Of a stretch of 64,000 nucleotides of DNA, positions 1-8,856 are shown piece by piece. A program made the translations under genes and the position numbers. Under the pieces are notes generated by a model. It saw only the letters and a list, made by a program, of their open reading frames with translations, did not search any database and was not told the DNA's origin. The stretch covers positions 56,673 through 120,672 of the forward strand of contig CAZSQQ010000001.1 of assembly GCA_964609135.1 (NCBI GenBank), written 5' to 3'. The stretch comes from an uncultured Candidatus Saccharibacteria bacterium. GTDB taxonomy: Bacteria > Patescibacteriota > Minisyncoccia > UBA6257 > Colwellbacteraceae. Positions within the stretch are counted from its first letter, which is position 1, and every line of letters starts with the position of its first letter.

Positions 1-28
1 CCGATACAGTTAACTGTAGCGCGGCTCT

Positions 29-1084
29 GTGCGAAACAGTAACGCCCGGATTTCTTACATGAAAAATAAATATTTGGGAATCCTCTTAATAATAGTTTTA
101 GCAGTTTTCTTTGCTCGGCCGATTGTAAGCCACATTAAAGTTCTTCTTTTAATTTCTGAAGAATTCCCTCAAATTCCAGTAAAACCCTTAAAAATATTAA
201 CTGCCTCTCCCCGGCACCAAGAAATGGAACTTGATTCCCCCTACGGCAAGATAAAAGCCGACCTTTTCATTCCCAAACAAGGCGGACTGACACCGGCATT
301 GATTTTAGCCATGGCAGTTAAAACTGCGGAAAAAGATAGGCCCATTGTCTTAGGATTTGCCGAAACCATGAGCCGACTGGGTTATGTGGTTATCTGGCCG
401 CGCCTTAAAATTTTAGATGAAGGAGTTTCAAGTTTTGAGGAGCCCGAGACATTCATCACGGCTTTTAAATATGTCGAAGCTCTGGAAGGCGTTGATGAAG
501 AAAGAATTTCTTTGGTGGGGTTTTCTGCTGGTTCATCCGTTGCATTTGCAGGCGCAGCCGACGAGCGGATCCGCGATAAAGTTCGGGGGCTAGTATTTTT
601 CGGCGGTTATTATGACATTTCCGATTATCTGGAAAGCTTAGTTACCAAAAAATCAGCGTTTAAAGATACTACAATTGATTGGCAGTCAGCCGAAGGCGCC
701 GTGAGTCACACCCGAGAGGTTTTGACCGCTAAAAATGCCGAGGGAATTCTTAAAGCTCTCGCATCAGAGACAAGCGAAGAATTTCGAACTCTGTTTAAAT
801 CAGTTAAAAAAGAAGAAATAACTGGTCTAGAGAAGATCAGTCCGTCCGAGAGTATTAATAATTTCAAAGCTAGGATCTTTATTCTTCACGATAAAAGTGA
901 CGTTTATGTCCCCTATCTTGAATCAGCTAAACTCAATGAAGCACTCCCCAATGAAGTAAATAAAACTTACTTATTGGTTAATCTTTTTCAGCATGTCCAG
1001 CCCAAAAAGGGATTTTCTTTTGGGATAATCGGCGAATTCGTGAAGCTCTACGGCTTTTTATACGAGGCGATCAGTTATTTATAG
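29..1084 (+). CDS. alpha/beta-fold hydrolase (esterase/dienelactone-hydrolase-like), N-terminal TM/signal
   Basis: GxSxG nucleophile elbow 'VGFSAGSS'; hydrophobic N-terminus; length ~350 aa. Confidence 0.5.
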   Translation: MRNSNARISYMKNKYLGILLIIVLAVFFARPIVSHIKVLLLISEEFPQIPVKPLKILTASPRHQEMELDSPYGKIKADLFIPKQGGLTPALILAMAVKTAEKDRPIVLGFAETMSRLGYVVIWPRLKILDEGVSSFEEPETFITAFKYVEALEGVDEERISLVGFSAGSSVAFAGAADERIRDKVRGLVFFGGYYDISDYLESLVTKKSAFKDTTIDWQSAEGAVSHTREVLTAKNAEGILKALASETSEEFRTLFKSVKKEEITGLEKISPSESINNFKARIFILHDKSDVYVPYLESAKLNEALPNEVNKTYLLVNLFQHVQPKKGFSFGIIGEFVKLYGFLYEAISYL

Positions 1085-1200
1085 GCCAAGCCCTAATCAA
1101 CACTCACTGAATTTTTATTCCAAATAAACGTCATGGCTGCCGCTTTCTTTGACGGCAGCCGGCGTAATTCTTATAAAAACTGCTTTTTTCTGAAGTTCTC

Positions 1201-2037
1201 TTAAATTGTGAGACCGCCGTAACTTAACCCCGATTTAAGGCCGCCCAAAAGCTCGTTTAAGACATCTTTAACGCTTCCTTTATAAGGAACTAAAGCTGAT
1301 ACGCCCTCGACAATGATTTCTTCTCTCTTAATTTTCTTATCAGGTCTTTCTAAGTTGTTAGCGAACGAGGCCTCGCCTCGATACACCTTAAATTTCTTAT
1401 TGCCTCTTTGTAATAATCCTTCCAGGAGCTTCATCAGTGCCAGCCAGCAAGTTACCAAACATAACTGCGTCGGCCCCAGCCGCCAGGGCCTTCACAATAT
1501 CTCCAGAACTTCTAATACTGGCGTCAGAAATGAGTCCCACCTTCATTTTGCGAGCTACTGGTGTGCAACCCAAAACAGCCGAGAGTTGAGGAACGCCAAA
1601 GCCAGTCACAATCATCGTCGTACAGATCGAGCCAGCACCGATCCCAACCTTAATCACATCCGCTCCGGCTTTGGCCAAATCATAAAAACCGCGACTCGTG
1701 GCTACAGTGCCGGCGATCAAAACTTTTTTAGGGAAATACTTTTAAAACTCCTTAATGGTCTCTATGGTTCTGGTAGAATGACCATGGGCGATATCGAGAT
1801 TTAAAATATCTGCTCTTGCCTTAACTAGTGCTTTTGCTCTCTCGAATTCACCGTCCTGTACCCCAAAGGCCGCACCAACCACGATGCCAGCTTTCTTTGC
1901 CGTTCTAACTTCCTTAACTTGATAGCTGACAGTAGAGTTGTTTTTAAGCTAACGTTTTTCCGTGATAAAACTTCCGAGTATTGTGGAACTAAGAGAACAT
2001 CGTCGAAACTAAAAGTTTCCTGAAACTCCTTAAACAT
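1201..2037 (-). pseudogene. guaB: IMP dehydrogenase (guaB) remnant, fragmented into >=3 frames with internal deletion
   Basis: Pieces 1825-2037 (FSFDDVLLVPQYSEV N-term), 1397-1720 (IAGTVATS...[10 protein letters not shown] catalytic core), 1201-1458 (C-term YRGEAS...SYGG) lie in different frames; CBS region absent. Confidence 0.7.
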
Positions 2038-2047
2038 CTGTGTTCAC

Positions 2048-2956
2048 CTATATGCTTAAATATCGCCTCAAGGCGATGAAGCTGGAAATAATCCCGATAC
2101 CGACTCCAAAGGCCAGCTGATAAGCGAAAAGGGTTAAAAGGTGGGAGTTGAAGTATTGAGTGAGCTCCAGCCCCGGGACAAAAATCCTCGCATAGGGCGA
2201 AATAAAGTAAACAATGGGGGCCAGGATGATGAGGCTAAGAACGGCGGCGAGGCCGCCGTAAATAATCCCCTCAACCAGGTAAGGTCCCCTGATAAACGCG
2301 TTCGAAGCTCCGACCAAGCGCATAATGCCGATTTCCTCCCGGTTGGAATAAATAGCGATGAGAATTGTGTTAAAGGCGACAAAGATGGCAACCAGGGCAA
2401 GGATTAGAGTTAAGGCGAAGCCGGCGACACGACTGACGCTCACAATCTTGGCCAGCCTGTCGATCACGATCTTGTTCTGACTGTAACTGATGTTTTCAAC
2501 CAAGCTGCTTAACGAGGCGTTGTTCAAATAGGCGGCAATCACCTGATAATCCCTTGGATCCTTGGCTTTGATGTTCAAGGATGCCGATAACGGGTTTTCT
2601 TCAAGCTCGCTTATGGCTCGGCTTACAGTCTCCTCCTTTTGATGCCGCGATTGGAAAATCTCAAGCGCTCTATCACGAGAAATATATTCAACGCCCTTCA
2701 CTTCCGCGAGTCCCTCAAGCGAGCGTTTAACTCTTAAAATCTCGTCTTCAGGCGCGTTGGTCTTGAAATAAACGCTGATATCGATCTTGTCCTGAATGGA
2801 ATTCAGGGCGGCGTCCGCCACATAATTGAAAATCCGGAGCCCTCCGAAACCCAAAAGCGTAAGGAGTATGACAACGAGAGTCGCGAAGGAAAGCAATTTC
2901 TGCCTCCAAAAATTCTGAACGCCGTTCCTGATAATTCTGTAAAGTATCGTTGCCAT
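2048..2956 (-). CDS. ftsX: cell division ABC transporter permease FtsX
   Basis: 4-TM FtsX-like topology, large periplasmic loop, immediately downstream of ftsE. Confidence 0.8.
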   Translation of the reverse strand: MATILYRIIRNGVQNFWRQKLLSFATLVVILLTLLGFGGLRIFNYVADAALNSIQDKIDISVYFKTNAPEDEILRVKRSLEGLAEVKGVEYISRDRALEIFQSRHQKEETVSRAISELEENPLSASLNIKAKDPRDYQVIAAYLNNASLSSLVENISYSQNKIVIDRLAKIVSVSRVAGFALTLILALVAIFVAFNTILIAIYSNREEIGIMRLVGASNAFIRGPYLVEGIIYGGLAAVLSLIILAPIVYFISPYARIFVPGLELTQYFNSHLLTLFAYQLAFGVGIGIISSFIALRRYLSI

Positions 2957-2957
2957 T

Positions 2958-3638
2958 TTAAGCTATAGAATACCTCCCGCCTTCCTCGTCTCTTATCAGC
3001 CGACCGTTATCAAGCTGGATGACGCGCCTGCCCAATTGATTTACCACGTCTTTGTTGTGGCTGGCAAGAATGACTGTCGTTCCCAAATCGTTGATCTTGG
3101 TTAAGAGATTGATAATCTCCAGGGTATTCAAAGGGTCCAAGTTTCCGGTAGGCTCATCGGCCACGATAACGTCGGGACGATTGACCATGGCTCTCGCGAT
3201 CGCCACTCTCTGCTTTTCCCCGCCAGCCAATTCATGAACAAAATTCTTCTCTTTGCCGGAGAGGCCCACCAAATCCAGCGCTTCTCTCACCAAATCGTCA
3301 ATTTCTCTCTCGGGACGGCCGGCCACTTCAAGCGCGAAGGCTACATTCTCATAAGCCCGTTTGGTGGGCAAAAGCCTGAAATCCTGAAAAACTATGCCCA
3401 TGTGTCTTCGGAGTTTCGGCAAATCTCCCGGCTTCAATTTATTGACCTCGTACTGGCCGAAAATCACTCTGCCGCTCGTCGGTTTTTCCTCTCCAATCAA
3501 AAGCTTAACTATGGTTGACTTGCCGGCCCCTGATCGGCCCACAATCGACACAAACTCTTTGGGTGAAATCTTGAAAGTTACATCAATCAAAGAGTTATGG
3601 CTGTTGTAACTTTTGGAAACGTTTTGAAAATTAATCAT
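2958..3638 (-). CDS. ftsE: cell division ATP-binding protein FtsE
   Basis: Walker A GRSGAGKST, ABC signature LAGGEKQRVAIARA, Walker B VIVADEPTGNLD; 226 aa. Confidence 0.85.
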   Translation of the reverse strand: MINFQNVSKSYNSHNSLIDVTFKISPKEFVSIVGRSGAGKSTIVKLLIGEEKPTSGRVIFGQYEVNKLKPGDLPKLRRHMGIVFQDFRLLPTKRAYENVAFALEVAGRPEREIDDLVREALDLVGLSGKEKNFVHELAGGEKQRVAIARAMVNRPDVIVADEPTGNLDPLNTLEIINLLTKINDLGTTVILASHNKDVVNQLGRRVIQLDNGRLIRDEEGGRYSIA

Positions 3639-3658
3639 TCGAAACCAAACGCGGCCTT

Positions 3659-4640
3659 CTAAGCGCCCTTTAATTGTAACTCGGCCTGGACAAATTTATC
3701 AAGGTTACCGTTTAGAACCCCTTCGGCGTCGGATACTTCAATATTGGTGCGGTGATCCTTAACCATTTTGTAGGGATGGAGCACATACGAACGGATTTGA
3801 TTCCCCCACTCCGGCTCTACTTTGGTGCGAAGTTCGGAAAGCTCTTTGGCTTGTTTTGTTTCCATAAGTTTCACTAATTTTGAAACAAGCAAAGCCATCG
3901 CCCGCTCCCTGTTTTGGGTCTGGGAACGTTCCACTTGAGAGGAAGCGGAAATTCCGGTGGGCTTATGAACCAGCCTCACCGCCGTTTCCACTTTATTGAC
4001 ATTCTGACCGCCGGGACCGCTCGAACGAGAGAGCTCGAGCTTAACGTCCTCTTCCGGAATTCTAAATTTCATGGCCTCCACGTCAGGAAGTTCCGGCAAA
4101 ACTTCAACCAAGGCAAATGAAGTGTGCCGCAGCCCTTTGGAATCGAACGGCGATATCCTCACCAGACGATGAACTCCGGTTTCGTTTTTCAAAAATCCGT
4201 AAGCATAATCGCCCTTGACTTCCACAACGTTTTTATCAATCAATTTTGTTTTCCACTTCTTCGATTCCGCATATTTCATGAACATTTGAGAGAGCATCCG
4301 CGCCCAGTCTTCCGCGTCCTCTCCGCCAACTCCGGCGTAAGTCGCGACAATCGCGGGCAGTGGATCGTATTTCCCCGAAAGCAGAGATTTGATTTCCAAT
4401 TCATTCAGATCTTCTTCGGAAGAAATGGCATCAAACTTGGAAATCAAATCACGTAAAATTCCAGCTTCCTTTGCCTTCGCTTCAGCAAGCGCGCGGTCAT
4501 CCCTCCAAAGATCGGGATCGGTTATCTCGGCTTCAAGTTCCCGAAGCTTGTTTCTTTTGCCTACTACGTCAAAGACGCTCGCCTAAGCGGCGAGTCTGCT
4601 CTTCCAAATTGTTGTTTTGATTTTCCTTGTTGGTCATATC
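3659..4640 (-). CDS. prfB: peptide chain release factor 2, with programmed +1 frameshift
   Basis: SPF and GGQ ([10 protein letters not shown]) motifs; short N-terminal ORF ends ...GERL-stop at CTT TGA C, and the +1 frame continues into the 262-aa ORF. Confidence 0.85.
4568..4574 (-). promoter_or_regulatory. prfB +1 programmed frameshift site (CTT TGA C on coding strand)
   Basis: revcomp of gtcaaag at 4568-4574 = CTTTGAC; in-frame UGA after Leu CUU, classic RF2 autoregulatory site. Confidence 0.8.
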
Positions 4641-4771
4641 TTTGGAGCCGAAGGCGAGAATCCCCCGCACCAGTCCGCCAACGGCGGACGGTGCGGGACT
4701 AGTCCAGCACCGAGCTTCGCTATGGTGCTGGGGAACCCGCGACCTTCACTTTACCCCTCACCTTTTTCAAG
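4641..4771 (-). other. GC-rich highly structured leader/possible small RNA between tRNA-Thr and prfB start
   Basis: Nested hairpins (CCCGCACC[GTCCGCC-N3-GGCGGAC]GGTGCGGG; CCAGCACC...GGTGCTGG); about 60% GC in an AT-rich genome; six-frame ORF over it implausible. Confidence 0.3.
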
Positions 4772-4845
4772 AGCCGAAGAGAGGAGTTGAACCTCCAACC
4801 TCTCCCTTACGAAGGGATTGCTCTGCCATTGAGCTACTTCGGCGT
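4772..4845 (-). tRNA. tRNA-Thr (anticodon CGU)
   Basis: Hand-folded cloverleaf: acceptor GCCGAAG/CTTCGGC, D-arm GCTC-AATGGCA-GAGC, anticodon loop TTCGTAA, T-arm GGAGG-TTCAACT-CCTCT; no encoded CCA. Confidence 0.8.
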
Positions 4846-4955
4846 AAAAGCATTATAACAAAAGGTGGGGACTCACGAAAGCACTGCCCCCGCCTGACGG
4901 CGGGCAAGTCTGCCACTGCTTGTCCGCCTCTGGCGGAAGCTACTTCGGCCTGAAA
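4846..4955. other. GC-rich hairpin-dense region (possible structured RNA/terminators)
   Basis: Hairpins GCCCGCC-GTCA-GGCGGGGGC and GTCCGCC-TCT-GGCGGA; about 60% GC. Confidence 0.25.
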
Positions 4956-4957
4956 AA

Positions 4958-5323
4958 CTATTTCTTAAACTGTCTCACAAATAGTACAATCGCCACAATC
5001 GCCAGCCCCACGTCCCTGAAGGTTATATCATCAACTCCGTAAAATACCAAGATTGAAGAAACATCGAGAAAGGCGAGAAGAGAAATAATGAGGGGTGCAA
5101 ATCCGGAAAGGAGAAGTACGCCCAGGATTACCTCCCCATAGCCGTGGGCCGTGAGAAAAATCTCTTTGGCTACGACTGTTTCTACCCAACCGGGCACGAA
5201 ACCGATCCAGTCGGTGGGATTCAATATTGATCTTGCCCCCGCCCAAATGATGGGTACACCAAGTGCCAGCCGAAGCAATAAATCTTCCTCACCGGCTAAT
5301 TTGCGAATCAACTTCAATACCAT
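4958..5323 (-). CDS. DoxX-family small membrane protein
   Basis: 121 aa, 3-4 predicted TM helices, DoxX-like pattern. Confidence 0.5.
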   Translation of the reverse strand: MVLKLIRKLAGEEDLLLRLALGVPIIWAGARSILNPTDWIGFVPGWVETVVAKEIFLTAHGYGEVILGVLLLSGFAPLIISLLAFLDVSSILVFYGVDDITFRDVGLAIVAIVLFVRQFKK

Positions 5324-6557
5324 TCTCTCTCACAATTTTCGCATATTCTCTGGCACTTTGTCTAACCCTCCGCCTCATATTTTTATAATTTACTTCGACC
5401 AGTCCGAACCTCGGCCAAAAACCTTTATCCCATTCGAAATTATCGAGAAGCGACCAATAAAAATAACCTCGAACATCGACCCCCTCTGCAACGGCTTTAT
5501 GGACGTTAAATAGAATTGACTTAACATACCAAGCACGATTTTCATCATTGGCATCGGCCAACCCATTTTCAGTGATATAAACCGGTTTCTTATACTTTTT
5601 CAAGTCCATTAAGGTACAGTAAATCCCTTTGGGATACAATTCCCAGCCCAAATCAGAAACAATCTTGTTTTCATTCTTCACCATCCATAAATCTAATAAT
5701 GCCCGGTGATAATAATTCAAGCCAATAAAATCTTGGTATTGGCTAATTTGGTCTATAAAATAAAGGTTCGTTAACCAATTCATAAATTTACTGATAAGTC
5801 GGTTGACCAATTTATTTTTATAAGCCTCGAAGCAGTTGTTAATACTAGCAATACCAACTCTGGCCCCTTTATTGAGGCCTTTTATGACTTTGAAAGCTTC
5901 CTCGTGAGCTCGAATAAGATTCTGCGTTACCAAAAAGCAAGAAATTAAATTCTTCTCTTGCGGAGGCCACCCCCCTGTTAAATAAGATTGCCCTACGAAA
6001 TTCAATGGCTCATTCAAAGTAATCCAAAATTTTATTTCATTTTTAAAAGCTTTGACTATTTTTTCAACATACCGGCTGAAATAATAAGGAGCTTGACTTG
6101 ATTTCCAGCCGCCTTTTTCAGCAAACCAGACGGGGTTGGTAAAGTGCCAGAGTGTGACAAAAGGCTCCAATCCCCTCTCACGAAGAGCTTTTATGACTTT
6201 TCGATAATGCTCAATTTCCTTTTCATTAAATTTACCTTCTTCCGGTTCAATTCTTGACCATTCAATGGAGAAACGATAGGCACTCATACCCAAGAATTTC
6301 ATTAAGTCAAAATCTTTCTCATAGAGGTTATAGTGGTCGCAGGCTTTGTGAGATATATAATTTTCTTCTTGCAACATCTCGGGGAACATTCCCTGTTGCC
6401 AAAACTGCCAATATTTTTTTGCCTTCTCGGCTAAGCGCTTGGCATTCCGCTTCTCCCACTCCGACCAGTCGTTTCTATTCCCGCCTTCAACCTGGTGTGA
6501 AGAAGTGGCCGCTCCCCAAAGAAAATTACCCGGAAACTTCAAGGTCTTTCTCATCAA
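5289..6557 (-). CDS. glycoside hydrolase family 1 (beta-glucosidase/6-phospho-beta-glucosidase)
   Basis: GH1 catalytic motifs TLNEP (acid/base) and YITENG (nucleophile); N-terminal FLWGAATSSHQVEG. Confidence 0.8.
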   Translation of the reverse strand: MMRKTLKFPGNFLWGAATSSHQVEGGNRNDWSEWEKRNAKRLAEKAKKYWQFWQQGMFPEMLQEENYISHKACDHYNLYEKDFDLMKFLGMSAYRFSIEWSRIEPEEGKFNEKEIEHYRKVIKALRERGLEPFVTLWHFTNPVWFAEKGGWKSSQAPYYFSRYVEKIVKAFKNEIKFWITLNEPLNFVGQSYLTGGWPPQEKNLISCFLVTQNLIRAHEEAFKVIKGLNKGARVGIASINNCFEAYKNKLVNRLISKFMNWLTNLYFIDQISQYQDFIGLNYYHRALLDLWMVKNENKIVSDLGWELYPKGIYCTLMDLKKYKKPVYITENGLADANDENRAWYVKSILFNVHKAVAEGVDVRGYFYWSLLDNFEWDKGFWPRFGLVEVNYKNMRRRVRQSAREYAKIVRENGIEVDSQISR

Positions 6558-6666
6558 TCATTGACCAAACATCATATTTATTATACCCTAAAGCATCACT
6601 TGAAAGGCGGTATCACCACAAATCTGGTCCGCCTTACGGGGCGGACCTTGACAACAAAAGAAAGGG

Positions 6667-7056
6667 GTGCAGGGAGGTCTAGCGATGCGTTACCTTCGCG
6701 ACAACTTGAGCGGACTCACAGTCTTCGCAATTGCGGCCATCGCCATCATCTCGGGAATCCCAGCGGGGCGAGCAACAGTCGCCTTCGGAGACTGGCGGGC
6801 AATGCTCCCGCTAGGCCTCGGGGCGGCATCTGCGATTCCGTTAGGAAGCCTCGCCGGCACGAAGTACGAAGATAGGTTCGTCACCACGGTGTTTTACAGC
6901 GTCGTGTTCGGGTCTTTCTTCAGCTTGGGAATGGTGATTGGCGGCGCCTACGATCCGCTCTTCTTCATTCTCGAGGTTGTACTTCTCGTCCTAGCCGTCT
7001 TCGGCGGAGCTGTTCTTGGCTTCACCGTCGTCGACCAGATCCGCAAGATAATGTAA
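6667..7056 (+). CDS. small membrane protein (GC-rich, likely foreign)
   Basis: 3-4 TM helices; GC markedly higher than flanks; start may be the internal Met at 6685. Confidence 0.4.
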   Translation: MQGGLAMRYLRDNLSGLTVFAIAAIAIISGIPAGRATVAFGDWRAMLPLGLGAASAIPLGSLAGTKYEDRFVTTVFYSVVFGSFFSLGMVIGGAYDPLFFILEVVLLVLAVFGGAVLGFTVVDQIRKIM

Positions 7057-7068
7057 AGGAGCGCGAAC

Positions 7069-7359
7069 ATGATTCTGTTTCTATCGGCCACCTGCGTAAT
7101 GGCCCTCGCGATTCAGGCATTGCTCCTCGGTCCCGCCTTCTTCGAGCGAGACCGAGACGCCTCATCGCGGCGATCCTTGGCTACCTTGGCCTTGGGAGCT
7201 GCGATCGTGACCTTCGTCACGGCAGCAATTCTCGTGAGGGGCGCCGACGAGAATGCCGTTAAGCTTCTCGTCATTCTCATCATGGGCGTTTCGGGAGCAA
7301 CGGCACTTCTCTTCGCGCTCTCCTACGGGCGGTTCCGAGGAGAAGGTGACGCACAGTGA
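7069..7359 (+). CDS. small membrane protein (GC-rich, likely foreign)
   Basis: 96 aa, 3 TM helices, same high-GC block as 6667-7056. Confidence 0.4.
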   Translation: MILFLSATCVMALAIQALLLGPAFFERDRDASSRRSLATLALGAAIVTFVTAAILVRGADENAVKLLVILIMGVSGATALLFALSYGRFRGEGDAQ

Positions 7360-7445
7360 GAGGCGGGTGATGCTCCACTGAACCCCTTTCACGCATAACC
7401 TGTGGGGGCGCGGTCCGAAGAGACTGCGCCCCCGCGAACAAAAGA

Positions 7446-7472
7446 AGAGCGTCCCTATGAGACGCTCTTTTA
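7446..7472 (+). terminator. rho-independent terminator (AGAGCGTC-CCTATGA-GACGCTCT-TTTT)
   Basis: 8-bp perfect stem followed by T-run; lies between convergent genes. Confidence 0.55.
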
Positions 7473-7488
7473 AAAAAGATGAAAAAAC

Positions 7489-8139
7489 CTAAACCTTGAG
7501 GATGCCCAATCCCAAGATTTTCACTAATTGCCCGCCCCAGACGAGCGTCAAGGCCGCCGATACAATGAAAGGCACGCCTAATGTGGTGTAAAGCTCTTTC
7601 AGCAATACCAGTCGAAAGAGAGAAATCACAACCACGGACAGAAAAACTAAGGGTACAAAAATCACGAAATTGGGCCAGCCGACGAGGAGAGCCGTTAAAA
7701 ACCCTAACTCCGTCTCATAGGGCTTGAAAAACCTTTCCTTATAGCGTTTGAGAAATTTGAGAAAGAGATAGAAAACAAAAGAGACCGCTAAAACAATGAC
7801 CAAGTTCAGCCAAAATCTGCCCCAGGAATAAAAGAGGAAATAACCCAACTGATTATCAAAGAAAAAACCGGGAATATCGTTTGTGGCGGGTATGTTTTTA
7901 TCAACCGGGGAGTTCAGCAGAGTTTTGGTAAATTCGTTATTTGACCAGACATAATATTGGCCAGTGGTGAGAAAAACAACATAGAATACCCTGAATAAAA
8001 TCGTTCCTGTAACCAACTTAAAAACAGCGCGGCTATTTCCGTGAAAATAAAAAAACGCGGCTAAAGCCAAAATCGTCGCCGTAAAAACTGTTGGCAACCG
8101 ACTCAAAAGCGGACCGACCAAAAAATCAGTTATATCCAT
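7489..8139 (-). CDS. polytopic membrane protein, unknown function
   Basis: Long ORF 7489-8466 trimmed to internal Met (MDITDF...) to avoid overlap with ArsR gene; multiple TM helices. Confidence 0.4.
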   Translation of the reverse strand: MDITDFLVGPLLSRLPTVFTATILALAAFFYFHGNSRAVFKLVTGTILFRVFYVVFLTTGQYYVWSNNEFTKTLLNSPVDKNIPATNDIPGFFFDNQLGYFLFYSWGRFWLNLVIVLAVSFVFYLFLKFLKRYKERFFKPYETELGFLTALLVGWPNFVIFVPLVFLSVVVISLFRLVLLKELYTTLGVPFIVSAALTLVWGGQLVKILGLGILKV

Positions 8140-8259
8140 AGTCTTTTTGAGTGTCTTTAGGACCGCGCTCGAACCTATTTTATCAAAAATTCCTGACCTG
8201 CGGAGAGGATTTATCCACAGTTGACACAGAAGTTGGTTGGGAGTAAGATTTAAGCAATT

Positions 8260-8595
8260 ATGCAAGTGCTTAACATGTTGACAAAAGAACAGGTAAACAA
8301 AATAAAGAAAGAGTTGTCGGGCGATGTAGACCGGATGCCTATCATTCTTGGCGCGTTGGGTGATCCGGGCAGATTCCGGATTTTCAAGCTGCTCATTGAA
8401 CACCACGATATTTGCGTGACGGATGTCGCAAATGTCTTTGACATTACAGTATCCGCGGCATCCCAACAGTTGAGGGTTCTAGAAATGCTGGAACTGGTCG
8501 AAAAAATGAGAATGGGGCAAATGGTTTGCTACGAACTTAAAAAAGAGAATCCCATTGTCAAAAAGTTAATACAATTTTCAAGGTCGGGGGAATAA
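8260..8595 (+). CDS. ArsR/SmtB-family transcriptional regulator
   Basis: wHTH: ...RFRIFKLLIEHHDICVTDVANVFDITVSAASQQLRVLEMLELV... Confidence 0.7.
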   Translation: MQVLNMLTKEQVNKIKKELSGDVDRMPIILGALGDPGRFRIFKLLIEHHDICVTDVANVFDITVSAASQQLRVLEMLELVEKMRMGQMVCYELKKENPIVKKLIQFSRSGE

Positions 8596-8617
8596 ATTAA
8601 AATTAAGTAATAAAAAT

Positions 8618-8854
8618 ATGTCAAAAATAACTATCTATACAACTCCAACATGCGTCTACTGCAAGGCAACAAAAGCGTTCTTCAAAGAAAACAACGTTAT
8701 TTATGAAGAGAGGGACGTTTCCGCGGATGCACAGGCCCGAGACGAAATGATTGCCAAGTCCAATCAGATGGGTGTGCCAGTTATCGATATCGATGGACAA
8801 ATTGTTACCGGGTTCGATAAAGCGAGATTGCAGGAACTTATTGGAATTAAATAA
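8618..8854 (+). CDS. glutaredoxin/NrdH-like redoxin
   Basis: 78 aa, CVYC active site at N-terminus, Grx fold pattern (GVPVI...). Confidence 0.8.
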   Translation: MSKITIYTTPTCVYCKATKAFFKENNVIYEERDVSADAQARDEMIAKSNQMGVPVIDIDGQIVTGFDKARLQELIGIK

Positions 8855-8856
8855 CT

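Noticed and set aside
1134-1160. GGCTGCCG-N10-CGGCAGCC hairpin between convergent hydrolase and guaB genes as a terminator
   Set aside because: Plausible bidirectional terminator, but with no adjacent T-run on either strand and guaB being a pseudogene, left unannotated.
2134-2407. Paired 88-aa ORFs on both strands inside ftsX
   Set aside because: They are embedded in and antisense to a well-supported ftsX; low-complexity translations.
4627-4953. 108-aa + ORF in the track
   Set aside because: It overlaps tRNA-Thr and GC-rich hairpins and has no coding signature; it is a spurious open frame over structured RNA and repeats.
7489-8466. Full 325-aa ORF as annotated in the track
   Set aside because: The N-terminal 109 codons overlap the ArsR gene on the other strand and look non-coding; trimmed to the internal Met at 8139.
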